From Chiloscyllium plagiosum (lineage: Eukaryota), in assembly GCF_004010195.1 (NCBI RefSeq), contig NC_057718.1:40461273-40525272 (forward strand): a stretch of DNA of 64,000 nucleotides. The letters are read 5' to 3'. The notes beneath the pieces are model-generated. The model had not been told where the DNA came from. It did no database searches and saw only the letters and a program-made list of their open reading frames with translations. Made by a program: the position numbers and the translations under genes. Of this stretch, positions 36,000 to 50,006 are shown in pieces. Every line of letters begins with the position of its first letter. Position 1 is the first letter of the stretch.

Positions 36000-38900
36000 T
36001 AGGTGATGAGAATTTTTGACATGAAAGTCAGAGCAAGTCCTGGCAAGTTTAGCTCACTGCTGGCTGTGAGGAGTCTCCATTTTGTTCAGCACAAAACAGA
36101 ATGGGCACCAACTGCATACACCCCTCGCTCACAGACGTTGGCACCTGGTAATTGTCAACCCCTCAGGATCCTCACAGAGCACTGTAACCCACTTGCAGGA
36201 TGAAGCACAGGCCTGCATTGCAGATGCACCAGCAACCAGCATTGAAGGATGTTGCACACAGGGACAGGCGCCTAGTTCATGGACCAGGCTGTATCTCTTC
36301 AAGCTCGCTCACACGGTGTCTACCTGCCTGCTCACAGCCTCCTTCCCTTGTCAGGCCATGTCACCATATTGGTGCTTTAGCCAAAGCAGTGTGGCTGGAT
36401 TGATGTGCTGTTTCATACAGATATAGATTCAGGCTGCTAGTGATACTGGTCAGTTGGCATCTGTCTGCTGTAGGGGATATCTTTCTGTACGGCACACTGG
36501 GGTGTAAATCGAACACCACAGCATGTGCCAGCTGACAGTATGGCAAACACACATTGGCTTATTCAAGCAAATGGCCATGCTGGAAAGTCTATCAGGGCTA
36601 ATCCTCAGCTCAGCTTGTTGGGTGGAGGTGGAGGGGGAGGGGTGCAAGTCAGAGGGTGGGATTTGGTGCATGTCAGTTGGGGAGTGGGGTGAGCGGTGGG
36701 GAGGGGGTAAGCAGTATAGACGCAAGTGCACACACAGTTCAGGGTTTTGGCCACAATCAATCGCCGACTTGGGAATATGTTTGATGACAGTCCAGAAAGT
36801 GTTCAGAGGTCAGCCCTATAGAGCCATCACAGGCTGTTCGGGGAATCACATATCATTAATCAGGGGTTGCCGTCACAGTGGTCAGGCCTCTGTCTAGTCA
36901 TGTTTGATGCTGCTTGTTGAAGTGTTTCAAAGTCTGGACAAATACCATCCTCAGGGTTACTTGTGTTAATTATTGAGGAGGGTGCAAGGTGTGGTGGGGN
37001 NNNNNNNNNNNNNNNNNNNGGGGGGCGGGGGGGTGCGCTGGTTTAAAGGGAAAGCAGGGCTCAATGCTAAAAGGGGTAGTTAAAGTAGAGGCATATTTTA
37101 AAGTGGAGACAAGGACATTGATGGGGGAGTCTCAGGGTACAAGTGGTGTAGACGGAACAGAATTAGAGGGTGTGGTAAGCTTTTGGAGGCAGGAGAGTGT
37201 GTCTGTTATTGACAGCGGCTATCACAACAGCTTCCACAGGGAGAATATAGAGGAAGGGATGTGTCCCATTAAGGTGTAATGTTGGGATTCAGGCGAGAAG
37301 GAGCACAGTTGGAGATGAACTTTGATTTGTTGTGGGGAGGTGTGAAATGGGGAGTCAGAGTAGAGTGAGGTAAAAGAGGATATGGAGGCTCTGGGAAGGT
37401 ACCTGTTGGCCGGGCAGAGCCTGGAGCTGAAGGTGTCCACTTCAAGCTGCATTTCCTGCTACTCCCTCGATGTGAAACCCAACGGGAAATTGGCTGGACA
37501 GCGCTCAGGGTGGACGGACTCAGGGTCACTTTGATGGGCAAAAAAATTGGCTCCACATTTACTGAGCTCTGGGACATTAAAGCGGCAATTAGATGAAGGA
37601 TGCCCTTTCAAAATGCAGCTACCTGTGACTTGCAATTATTTCTTCATCCCTTGCAAACCATACAGAGTGAAGGTGGCTAAGGTTCAAATACTAGTCAAAG
37701 TTGATTTGCACCATGCCATTGGTGCTTGCAAACCTAACACTGGCATCGCAATGACCAAAATCATCAACGATGACTTCTAAGGAAATGATACTATCCAAAA
37801 GCATCCCATTACTTGTGAAACTTCCAAGGGTGGAGGGGAACATTGCTACATCATTCGTCAGGCGAGGATCACAATGGACTCTATTGAACTCATTAAGTTG
37901 AACAATGGATAACAGTCTGGATTGGAAGGGGCTTTGAACTCAGCAGACACTCTCTTTTTGATGTAATGTGGTGGTCGCTTTACCAGTGTGGCATCTTCAT
38001 CTAGTTGGTACACATGCTGTGACTAGGGCAGTAATGCAGCAGGCAATAGGGCTGCTGAAGATGTGATTTTATTGTTTGGACCAGCATTGGGTGGGGAGGT
38101 GCTGTCCTGTACAGTATAGGAGAGTCCACTGCATCATCCAGTGGTGCTGTGCTATGCAAATTGGTACAGGAAGCAAGGGAGATCTAATAGATGCTGGAGA
38201 ACTGGGAGAATAGGAGTAGTATTCCAAGGAGGAGGAGAGGACCAAGGTAGAGAAAGGTCTCTTTATGCCTGATAGAGCTCAGCTGCACTGGGCATTACAG
38301 CCACAGAGGAGCTGAGTGACACCTGGTTCCAGTAGATGAGAGCTGGGTGCAACGACCATCATGGAATGTAAAATACTCATTACCAGCATTTGGTTTGCAT
38401 TGAGGAGGCAAACTGCAGTTTCTGTTAATTTTTCCAGTGTTCATTTTGGATGGTTGTAAATAAAAGCTCATGTTTGGGATTATTTGCCTGTGTGTGATGT
38501 TCCCCTATTGGACAATAACAAGTTGGGAGTGGGCCGTCAACAACATGACAAAGCATGACTGAGTGAGAGTGTTTACAGGGATAGAGGTAAACTTGTGATG
38601 TGGTGGGTTATCCAGTGTCTAGGATGAAAGGGTGGGGTTGTAGGTATGAGGGAGTGTCAGCCATGCTGGTTATGTGCAGTGAGATGCATGGCTTTGTGGT
38701 TATTGTATTATTACACTGCCAGTGAGGTGTAACACCAGGTTGCCAGTGCTGGTTTGGGTACACCATAGCCTACTTAAAGACAGTGTAGGCACCAGGGTTG
38801 CCAGCTTCTCAGCAGAAACCCAGTGAGTGGCGAGTTGTTTGGGAATGGTGTGTAGTGAGATGGGGCTAGAATCAGGTGAGTGGTTTGGCGTAAGGGCCAA

Positions 38901-39000
38901 GTAGGTAATTTATTCAATGAGTTTGATAAGAGATAGGCCTCAGAGTGAGAAACCTTCTAAAAACACTCATGCAACGAACACTTATCGAAAAAAATTGAAA
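36000..39000. mobile_element. Possible very old Harbinger-type DNA transposon debris
   Basis: Only weak resemblance of minus-strand 37780-38010 to the PIF/Harbinger DDE region; no intact motif or TIR pair confirmed. Confidence 0.25.
37000..37019. other. Assembly gap (20 N)
   Basis: N run. Confidence 1.
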
Positions 39001-39189
39001 AATTCAGGTCAGTATTTGTTGCTTCAGTCAAATTAGTCAATCTATTGTCCTATCACCATTGGCTAGGAATGATCAGATACCATTCTCTTGCACACCACCG
39101 TCCCCCTTTCTTCTGCATGTTGCTGGGAATCACTGCAGCCCCTTGACAGAGTCTTCCTGCTCCCCACACTGGTTGGGAAATCAGCAGAG

Positions 39190-39570
39190 CAGAAATCAAA
39201 CATATGCCCATCTGGTTGTATTTAGATTTCCCCCACATCCTTGCCACTTCCTACCTTTGTAACATTCTCCATCACCATAACCTTCCCTGAATTTTGAATT
39301 CCTTTGACTCTGTAAAGGGTCTCTGCATCCACCCTTTCTTAACAGCCCATCTTCAATACTTATGATCATGCTGTTTAATTCCACCCCTAAATCTGTCTCT
39401 CATTCTCTCCTCTTTAAGACTTACCCATAAAGCCTAGTTTTTTTGCTCAGCTCACCAGTCCTCATAACTCCTCCATTGGCTCAGCATCCGTAAATTTCCC
39501 TTAGGTTTGTGAAGTACCTTGGAACATTTCTTTCAATATTAGAAGTGCTATATTAAAGTCAGTTGCTGTG
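39190..39570 (+). mobile_element. L2 LINE 3' end
   Basis: tgtgaagtaccttggaacattt...agtgctatattaaagtcagttgctgtg L2-type terminus. Confidence 0.6.
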
Positions 39571-42500
39571 GCTCAGAGCTACGATGTTGATCAAACTATT
39601 TCTTTGGTGTTTCCCCCAAAACTCTCAGTTCCCTGAAGGCCTTGAATCCTCATGGCGGAGCCTAATAGAAGGTGTTGATAATGCAGGCATTATAGCCAAG
39701 AGTGAACACACATAAGAATCAGACTTTGAAACTCTGGCTGATTTTTTTTTACCTTCCCTAGCTCAGGGGCATTGAGCCCACATTTGGCACTTGAAATTCT
39801 GTCCCAGATGGTCAGCTGACTTAACGCAAACTAGAGAGCAAATCATATAGCCTATTGTCTCCCTGGCTTAGTACTAGGCTAGGCGGAACCTATTCTTATT
39901 AGGCTGTTAGCTTTTGAAACATAAGAATATTTCTTATCTAATTTTCACCCTGGAGTTTTAGACAACTGATTAAAAATTTGGCTATGTACCAACCACATCA
40001 TATTGTCTATACAAGAATATTTTATGGCATTGGGCCAAAGGTAATTACCTGAGGAAACAAAACTCCACTGTCAGTGGTCTGGTAAATAAAGGCATCATCA
40101 TACAATGCAGACAGCCCAGGTTAGTTCATCATTTATGCTGAGTTCAGTGAAAACAACAATTGTCTTTTGGGCTAGGACAGATCAGAACTATTTTAGCAGC
40201 ATTCATGCTCACAATTGTTCTTCATAGAACTTTGATTGCAAAATATTTCGCTCCATAACGACTGAATCACACGACAAACAGAGAATTTAGTAACCCAGGT
40301 GTTCGCAGTGCTAGGTGAGGGCAGATTTGGGTGCAGTATAGCTAAGCTCACACCGAATGACTAGGTGCAGAGGTCTGTGGAATCAATACATCTAGGCTTT
40401 CAGAAACAGAGGGCAGGAGGCAAAATGATAGGTCAAAAATATGGCAGAAACATATAACTATCAAATAGGAGCTCAAAACTCTAGAATATGAACATTTATT
40501 TTGTTACACAGAATGTAATTCGCAAGCTGTTTATGATATGAGTGAAGGAGACATAATCACATTTTTTGCAAGTAACTTCACTGGCGGAATAATACTAATT
40601 TTCAACAATTTATAATGAAACAACCATTTATGTAACATCCTCATGTCTGTTGCATGATATTTTGATCAGAGTTTCATAGGAAACAGTGGAGTTCAGGACT
40701 TAGATTTTTTTTCCAATAGTGACATCATCAATTGATAGTTAGATATCCTGAGGCTTGCACATAGTGAATACTGAACATGTTAGCATGGAGAGAGAAAAGC
40801 AAAGAATGGTGAGCAGCTCTTCAAAATTGGTACGAGGTTATAAAGATCCACTGGATTGACTGGGGAAATAAGGTGGCACAGGGAGAGATGAGGGGCTGTG
40901 GGGTGTGGATGGATGAGCAGAAGGGAGACAGGGGCTATGAAAGGGTCTGCGGGTGGATATCTAGTAAAGATAAGCACAGGGGCCTTAAAGAGACATAGGG
41001 GATGGGTAGAGAGGCATAGGGTGGCACAGAGGGTGTGAGGGCTGCGGTAATGGTAGGTTGGCAGAGGATGTCATTAGGGTATGAATGTTCATGTGGATGG
41101 GTAGAAGGATATAGAAGATTTAGGTGAAGTAAGGAGAGTATGTGGCGGTGAGGGAGTCTGAGCTGGAGGGATGTTTGATGTTTCGTTATTTGATTTTCAA
41201 TTTTGCCCAGAGTTCTGGAGCCCTGAGGCAGGAGCCTACCTGAGGAGCTAACATACTCTTAGGCTGTCCTCGGGCAGCCTGGTTTGATTGGCAACCCAGC
41301 CTGACCATTGTAGATAGAGGGTCAGATAATTCATCAAGAAAGATTGAGTTTGTGGAGCTAAGATTTGTCTGTCGACCTGACTCAGGAAAGAACAGCAGAT
41401 GTGGCGATAATTGTGCAGCACAACAATACCATTGAGCTGAATGTTATGTTATATTGGAAAAGAATCATTTTCCTCAAGCTTTGTGGAGGGTTTCTCTCTG
41501 TGGGGCCTAGTGGGTTTATTTGTGCTGTCACCCCAAACTTGGCCCATTTACGACCTATCAACTCCCGCTCCCCCACCGTGACATTCCGCTCGTTTGATGC
41601 TAGCCAAACTCTCTTAGCATCGGAAGTACTCACCTCTACCTGATATCCTGGGATATTGGCATTCCTGGTGCTAGCCCTGTATTTAAAGTGTCTCTAACTG
41701 AGTCCCGCTTACCCAGCCACACTCCCTTACAAGGGTTCTTGGATATTAGTACTTTAGAAAGAACAAAATTGTACAAACAGAGCATTTGGCTCAACCACAA
41801 ACATGTTTATTAAAATAAACATCTTAATGTCCTGATATAAAACCTCTAAACTAGTCGACACAACAAATGCAGAGAATGCTGGAGAAACTCAATATATGAG
41901 GCAGCATCTGCAGAAAGAGAAGTAGAGTTAACTGACCATGGCCAATCCCCAGGACTGTAACTGGATGACTGACATTGATGGTACCCTCTGACTATGATAC
42001 CCCAACTAAGAACTGGTGCCCTTTGACATCCAGTTGCAGCTTGTTTGCTGCAAAAGTTAATGACACATGCTGGAGGTGTGATGTATTCAGAGCATGGTGC
42101 AATCCAGTGACACATCCATCCTCTTGACTATTCAGTGTTCTGAACCTTGACAAGCTGCCTGCCTCTTCCTTTGCATTAAAAAGCAATGGAAGGCACACAA
42201 ACTGGCAGCTCCAAATAAGCACAAACTGAGTAAGTGCTAGGAAATCAAGCTCAGAGCTGTTTAGATGCCTGACTTGTGTCTACGTCCATGTATGCAAAGA
42301 GACCTGCCAGAAACATGCAAGTCAGACGTAAACCTGAGGTTCAAAGTGTGGTCCTGAAGTGGTGTCTGAGTTGGTCTGAAAATGGTCATGATGATGTGGT
42401 GAGTCCAGTGGCTTGGTGATGCCCATTTGTGGACAAAGGATGGAGAGGACGGTGTCCATGGAGCATGAAGAGATGTTGTGGTGAAAACAGAGCAATCTGA

Positions 42501-43045
42501 AGGGCAGAGAAGCAAGTGGTGAGCTGCTGCCACCAGCTAACTGCTTTGACTTTCATGTCAGGAATTGGCACGATCTAGTTTCTCAGCTGAGGAGAGAATT
42601 AGAAGTTGTATAGAAATGAGATGAGATTAGCTAATAATGAGATGCAAATGTATGTAACTAAGAATATTGATGCTCATTAACAAGATTCAGAAATTGCTGA
42701 TTAAACCCCAAGAGGAAAATTGGAAATCCTTGACATTGAGAGTCTAATTTTTCCATTTTTGCTGTATTTTGCCAACTTTTTCAGCATTGTTCATCCTGCT
42801 CAAGGAAGGCAGAACATTTCACACCAGTGACAGATAAAATATTCTGGCACTAGTTTTTAACAAAAATGCATTTTCCATTAATCCAGATGGCAAGTATGTG
42901 ATTTTACTTTATGTATAACATCCAGTAAGAATTTTTTTCTTTGAAAAAGACTCAATAGCCTTGATATTTGTGAAGAGGAGTGGGGTTGCAGAAGGAACTG
43001 TGAGGAAAGTTGGATCTGAGATCAGGTGGGGGGAGGAGGAAGCAG

Positions 43046-43410
43046 AGGAGACAGGACGCCTACTTGCAGAGTGCTTCAAAGAACATCTCCTGGACACCCG
43101 CACCAACCAACCCCACCACTCCATGGCTGAACACTTCAAATCCCCCTCCCACATGCAGGTCCTGGGCCTCCTCCATCACCAAACCCTAACCACTCGATTC
43201 CTGGAGGAACAACGCTCATCTTCCGCCTTGGGACCCTTCAACCACACAGGATCAATGTGGATTTCACCAGTTTCCTCATTTCCCCTCCCCTCACCTTATC
43301 CCAGATCCAACCTTCCAACTCAGCACTGCCATCATGACCTGTCCTACCTGTCCATCTTCCTTCCCGCCTATCCGCTCTACCCTCCTCTCCAACCTATCCC
43401 TGCCACCCCG
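43046..43410 (+). mobile_element. PLE endonuclease C-terminus/UTR fragment without ribozyme
   Basis: ETGRLLAECFKEHLLDTRTNQPHH. Confidence 0.85.
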
Positions 43411-43844
43411 GGATCGTTTGTTGCCAGACGGCCCAGATATTCTGAGAGTGACCTGCCCAGAGGCAGGTTTCACATCTTGGGTTGGAACTGCCACAGAGCT
43501 GAGGGCAGCAGGTGGGTAGAGGTGAAAGGTTGGGTCCCATTTGGAGTGTCCTAAGAGGAGGTTTGTATGTATGTAGCTGTATGTATGTAGCTCCTCCTCT
43601 GGTTGGATACTAATTGGAATCACTCTGTCTACTTGTGAGGAAGAGGCACCTGGGACTGAGAACAAGGTGCCTGGTCACCCTATTGCTTTGGTATTAGGAC
43701 CAATGGCTAGAGCACTGAAGTACAGATCTAACATTTATCCAACAGAGTCCGAGAGTGCTCTGGCTGTCCATTGGCAGCCACCAACGTCTCCGTGGAGGAA
43801 GGCAGATACTCGCATGCTGGAGACAGCAGGGTCCCAGTGGGACC

Positions 43845-44095
43845 CTCTTTGGAGGGTTGGTGCAGACTCAATGGGCTATTTATCATGGCTAATCCACTTA
43901 GCCCACAAATCCCTGAACACTGTAGGACTATTTAGCCAAACTACCTAACCCGCACATCTTTTGGCTGTGGGAGGAAACCTGGACGAAAAACACGTAGATA
44001 TGGGGAGAATGTGCAAACTTCACACGGATAGTCACCCCATGTTGAAATCGAACCCAGATTCCTGGTGCTGTGAGGCAACAGTGCTAACCAGTGCT
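43845..44095 (-). mobile_element. HE1-like V-SINE
   Basis: Reversed V-domain gggagaatgtgcaaact and head. Confidence 0.8.
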
Positions 44096-44598
44096 AAATA
44101 CATACCAAAACTATGGGTGGGAACTATCAGATCCTGCAGGGGAAAGAGGAAAAGTGGGATTGAGTCTAGCAGGGGCCAGAGGGAAGGTTAGGTTCCTGGA
44201 GGGGTGGGGCATGGGTGGAGATGAGCGAGGGATTCGGTCTGTCAGTGGGGAAGGAAGGTGTCAGCTCTGGAGCAGGAAGGTGGGGGTTGGGTCTGAAGGC
44301 TTGGGAGGGAGTTTCAGATCTTGGGAGGGTTTGGACACTGTTTGTTACACTCCCTGGTGTGGTGGCAGTCTTGAATTCCCAGGACCCTGCAGAGGACACT
44401 TCTTCATTGCACGATGGGATCTTCTTTGTGCTCAGATGGCCTCTCCAGTTATGGCTGACAGTCTTAGCTCCCTTCTGCTGACAACATCCCGCCCCCCCAC
44501 CCCATTGATACCAGTTGCTGTGGGCCCACTTTGCCTCAAGGCTGCACTCATCCAGTGACGTCATAACCCTCTCTTCACTGTTCATCCTTTCATAGGGA

Positions 44599-45294
44599 TT
44601 GGTCAGTCACACAGTAACAGGGCCACATTATCGAGGGGACTGTCAGTCAGTCACACAGTGACTGGGCCACACCATCAAGGGGTCAGTCAGTCAGTCACAC
44701 AGTGACTGGGCCACATTATCGAGGAGACGGTCAGTCAGTCACACAGTGACAGGGCCACATTATCGACGGGTCAGTTAATCAGTCACACAGTGACAGGGCC
44801 ACACCATCAAGGGGTCAGTCAGTCAGTCATAGAATTACAGGGTCACACCATCAAAGGGTTAGTCAGTCAGTCACATAGTCACAGGGCCACACTATCAAGG
44901 GGTCAGTCAGTCAGTCAGTCACAGAGTGACTGGGCCACACCATCAAGGGGTCAGTCAGTCAGTCACAGAATGACTGGGCCAGTCAGTCAGTCAGTCACAG
45001 AATGACTGGGCCACACCATCAAGGGGTCAGTCAATCAGTCAGTCACACAGTCACAGGGCCACGCTATCAAGGGGGTCAGTCAGTCAGTCACACAGTCACA
45101 TGGCCACATTATCGATGGGTCAGTCAGTCAGTCACACAGTGACAGGGCCACACTATTGATGGATCAGTCAGTCAATCACAGTGACAGGGCCACACTATTG
45201 ATGGGTCAGTCAGTCAGTCAGTCAGTCAGTCACACAGTGACAGGGCCACACTCTTGAGGGGTTGGTCAGTCAATCACACAGTGACAGGACCACA
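44599..45294. repeat. Minisatellite, ~40-50 bp unit with variable (CAGT)n
   Basis: About 16 copies of (cagt)n-cacacagtgacagggccacaccatcaaggggt. Confidence 0.95.
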
Positions 45295-45684
45295 GGACAC
45301 CAGTCGCTGATATTTTTGAACGTTATGTCCCCGTACCTGACCCTGTCGGGATCCGAAAATTTATTTTGGTGTGATGGAATTGAATTGACAACAATGGACT
45401 TGTTAATCTTTACAGAAATTTAATCTAATCAGAGTTTTGTTTGGAGAAATGCAATTGTACCCTTGTTTTTACAGTTTGGCTTGCTGTAGTCATGTGACAT
45501 CTACCTTGGCTGTAAATACCAATGAGTGCAACCTGTGGCATCACCTGGCTGAGCTACCACAGAACTTCGCTCTGCCTATGGGATTTCCAGCCGAGTCTTG
45601 ATTTAACAGGATTCCCATTCCAATGTGGTTCCACTGATTCAGGTAAAGCAAGGCTTATATTTATTTTGGTACTTCTCCCTGCCA

Positions 45685-48292
45685 TGTCTTCACCATTCCC
45701 CCAGACCTCCCCCTCATTGAGGACGAATGTTTGGTCCTCAGTAAAGGCCTCACCTTTATTCCTCTACACTCTCAGATTAATGAGTTTGACACACACTGCG
45801 ACCTTGAACGTTTCTTCCACCGCCTCTGCCTACTTTTTTAACCAAGGCACCCGCCCACCCACTGAGGACCCCTTCTCCTGTTTCCAACACACCCCATCCA
45901 CCTGGACACCCTGTGCTGGCCTGCTACCTACCTTTGACCTCTTCATTTCAAACTGCCTCTGTGACATCGACCACCTCAACCTGTCCACCCACTCCAACCT
46001 CTCACCCTCACACCCTCCACTCCCTCTGCTCCAACTCCAACCTCACCATCAAACTAGTAGACAAAGGGAGTGCAGTGGTAGTTTGGCACACTGCCATCTA
46101 CACCACTGAATCAGGTGCCAACTTGAGGACATCTCCTCTTTTTGCCCCCTCCACCATGACCTCGCCCCCCACCCCCATCACCAAACCATCATCTCCCAGA
46201 CCATACACAACCTCATCACCTCATGAGATCGCCCACCCTGAAGAAGGGCCTGTGCCCGAAACGTCCAATCTCCTGTTCCCTGGATGCTGCCTGACCTGCT
46301 GTGCTGTTCCAGCAATAAAGTTTCAACTTTGATCTCCAGCATCTGCAGACCTCACTTTCACCTCATGAGATCGCCCACCCACAGCTTCCAACCTCATAGT
46401 TCGGGAACCCTTCACCGCCCTGTTCTACCTCCTACCCAAGATCCACAAGCATGACCACCATGGTCGACCCATTGTCTCAGCCTTCTCCTGCCCCACAGAA
46501 TTCATCTCCACATACCTCGATACTGTCCTATCCCCTGGTCCAGGAACTTCCCACATACATTTGGGACACCACCCACGCCCTCCACCTTCTCCAAGACTTC
46601 CGTTCCCCCGGCCCCCAATGCCTCATCTTCACTATGGACATCCAGTCCCTCTATACCTCTATCTGCCATGACCAGAGCCTCCAAGCCCTCTGTTTCTTCC
46701 TCTCCCGACATCCCCACTAGTACCCTTCCACTGACGCTCTTATTCGTTTGGCTGAAATGGCTCTCACCCTCAATGATTTCTCCTTCCAATCCTCCTACTT
46801 CCTCCAGATGAAAGGGGTAGTCATGGGCCCCAGCCATGCCTGTCTCTTTGTCGGCTATGTAGAGGAGTCCATCTCCTGGAGTTACACCGGCACCACTCCC
46901 CACCTCTCCCTCCGCTACATTGATGACTGCATCGGTGCCACCTCGTGCTCCCACGAGGTGGTCAAACAGTTAATCAATTTCACAAACACATTCCACCCCA
47001 ACCTCAAATTCACCTGGACCATCTCTGACACCTCCCTCCCCTTCCTAGACCTCTCCATCTCCATCCATGAGGACCGACTCAACACTGACATTTTCTGCAA
47101 ACCCACCGACTCCCACAGCTACCTGGATTAGACCTCATCCCACCCTACCTCCTGCAAAAATGCTATCTCGAATTCCAATTCTTCTGCCTCCGCCGCATCT
47201 GCTCCCAGGAGGACCAGTTCCACCATAGAACACACCAGATGGCCTCCTTCTTTAAAGACCAGAATTTCCCCTCCCACATGGTTGAAGATGCCCTCTAATG
47301 AATCTCATCCACGTCCAGCACCTCTGCCCTTGAAATCCACCCCTCCAATCGCAACAAGGGCAGAACCCCCCCCACTCCTCATCTTCCACCCCACCAACCT
47401 CCGCATAAATCACATCATCCACTGACATTTCTACAAATGGACCCCACCACCAGGGATATATTTCCCTCTCCACCCTATCCGCTTTCTGCAAAGACCGTTC
47501 CCTCCGCGATTACCTGGCCCACGCTCCCTAACAAGTCACCCTCCCCCCCCCGACACCTTCCCCTGCCACCACAGGAATTCCACCCACACCTTCCCCCCTC
47601 ACCTCTATCCAAGGCCCCAAGGGAGCCTTCCACATCCATCAAGGTTTCACCTGCACTTCCACACATGTCATTTATTGTATCTGTTGCTCCCGATGCTGTC
47701 TCCTCTACATTAGGGAAACTGGACGCCTTCTCGCAGAGCGCTTTAGAGAACATCTTTTTTTCACCAGCACCAACCAACCCAATTGCCCCGTGGCTGAACA
47801 TTTCAACTCTCCCTCCCACTGTGCCGAGAACATGAAGGTCCTGGGCCTCCTCCATCACCACTCCCTCACCACCTAATGCCTGGAGGCAGAACACCTTATC
47901 TTCCACCTTAGGACCATTCAACCCCAATGCATCAACGTGGACTTCATCAGTTTCCCCATTTTCCCTTCCCCACCTTACCCCAGTTCCAATCTTCCAGCTC
48001 AGCACTGTCTTCATGACCTGTCCCAACTGTCTATCTTCCTTCCCACCTATCTGCTCCATCCTCCTCTCTGACCTATCACCTTCAACCCCACCTCCATCCA
48101 CCTATTGCACACCCCAACCCCACACCCCTCCCATTTATCTCCCATTCCAGAGACTCCCAGCCTCATTATTGATGAAGGGCTCCGGCCCGAAACGTCGATT
48201 GTCCTCCTCCTTGGATGCTGCCTGAACTGCTGTGTTTTTCCAGCACCACACTTTCGACTCTGATCTCCAGTATCTGCAGTCCTCACTTTCTC
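45685..48292 (+). mobile_element. Long, decayed Neptune-type PLE (RT + GIY-YIG + ribozyme terminal repeat)
   Basis: [72 protein letters not shown]; hammerhead 48169-48196; multiple stops. Confidence 0.92.
46239..46357 (+). mobile_element. Ribozyme-only mini-insertion nested in the PLE ORF
   Basis: CTGAAGA-aGGGC-ctgt-GCCC-GAAACGTC plus tail; perfect 23-bp TSD at 46216-46238 and 46358-46380. Confidence 0.92.
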
Positions 48293-49906
48293 TGAGCTAG
48301 TTGGGTTAATGTCATGTACGATACACCGGTTAATAGAGGGTGACTTGGTGACGGGATACTGGCCTTCGTGGGGTTACGTCAATGTGCACTTCCTAAAGGG
48401 GCATGCTTGGCCGTGGCTTAATCCCTCTGGCAGATATGGAGCATGTTCTGTGCTTCCAGAACATTCCACCCTCAACACTTTCATCTGTTAATAGTTAAAC
48501 TGATATTACTTTAGTATTTCACTTTCTAATTCTGTGTAACCAAGACAAAAAAGCATTAGTCAGAGAGAATATTGAAATAAATTGACCTGCAATTAAACCA
48601 ATTTTAACATTGATGAAGGACCTGCCCCACAAAGTATAAAATGAAAGCCAAAAGTTCTGCAAATGTCCAGCTGGTCAGTCAGATTCTGGGCAGGATAATA
48701 TTTCAGATGGAATCCTTTACCAGAAAGTATGTATCTTCGTGAATATTCAGCTTTATTTAGATTTAAAAACATGACACTGAATTACAAATTGAAGTATGCT
48801 GCCTTAAGATCAATCTTGCTCTTTACATTGTGGAGCCAGGACATAGGGCTTGAGATCAATCAATACTACTGTAAATTCTTTGAAAAGAGATGATGCTTTT
48901 AAGCTTGCATGCATGGTTTCAATATAAATTTGTAATATAAAACAGATATTCTCAGTTGAATAATTCCAGAGTTTCCTGGCTGTATTCCAAGGACTTCAAA
49001 GTATTGTTATCAGCAAATTATCACCACTATATTAGCCGAACAGGGCGATGTTCTGAGGAAATGTCAGTTTGAAATCTGAGTTTCCTCTCATTTTCGTGTG
49101 AAGAGGCCAAATTAACACTGGCTTAGTGCAGATGTGAGCAGTTTTCCATAGTCCTAATTAAAGGATTTGGGTCTGCCATAACTCCTTAGAGTTATGTCAC
49201 ATTATGTCAACATCCTTGATGCTGACAAAACTAGTGTAAATAAAATTACATTTCCCCAATCTTTGCATCTCTGTCGACAAATCATTTTATACTTAAGTTA
49301 TGGTCAAAATCTTTCACACTTATAACCTTTATTCCACATAAGCTTTCTATTCCAGTCTAATTTTGAAAGTGTGTACCTTTACTTTCATTGGGAGCTTTCT
49401 TTGTTAAATGAAAACTATCCCTTTATTCACAATGCTTATGTAACTCTTAAGTTGGCAGTCACAATTTTAGCTTTTATCATTCTTGATCTTTTAAAACTGG
49501 CCAATTTACAGGAATTGTTGGCACCTTTTTAATACTAGAATTGGACCTTTCAAAAAGCCAGTAAGGGCTTATGATCTGCTCTGTTATTCCAAATATGAAT
49601 CAATGGCTTTGTAACTAGGTTTGTTTTTGTTTGATGGCCTTATATAAATATATGTAAACAGCGTAAGTAAGTAACTAAGACTGGAAATTCAATTTAAGAG
49701 AAAACTATTTATATTACTTTTGCAATTAGTGTGCTTGTTTTATAAATCCTGACCACTAACACTTATAAATTGTTTGTTGACTACTACACCTCAGCTCCTT
49801 GCCCTTAAAAAAAAAAGGGAACAGATAATGTTGAGTTAATGCAATGGAAATCCCTTTGCCCTCCATTCGTTGTTTGGAAAATTAAAAGGTTTTTTTTCAA
49901 TCACAG

Positions 49907-50006
49907 GAAGATTTTCAAATGGAAATAAGTTGTTCCAGTAAGCTGACAATAGATCTGCAACTGCACACAGCGAATAAATTCCGCCAACCAGATGTGAAGA
50001 TTAAAG
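49907..50006 (+). other. Weak candidate exon (100 nt)
   Basis: Acceptor ttttttttcaatcacAG, donor AAG|GTTAGC, open frame EDFQMEISCSSKLTIDLQLHTANKFRQPDVKIK; no recognised homology. Confidence 0.2.

Noticed and set aside
41365..41760. Exon candidates around the minus-strand GTGAGT and GTAAGC donors
   Set aside because: Several mutually incompatible acceptor/frame choices; none could be supported.
44599..45294. CRISPR array or V(D)J recombination signal cluster
   Set aside because: Units are contiguous with no unique spacers, there is no ACAAAAACC nonamer at 12 or 23 bp, and no V/J segments nearby.
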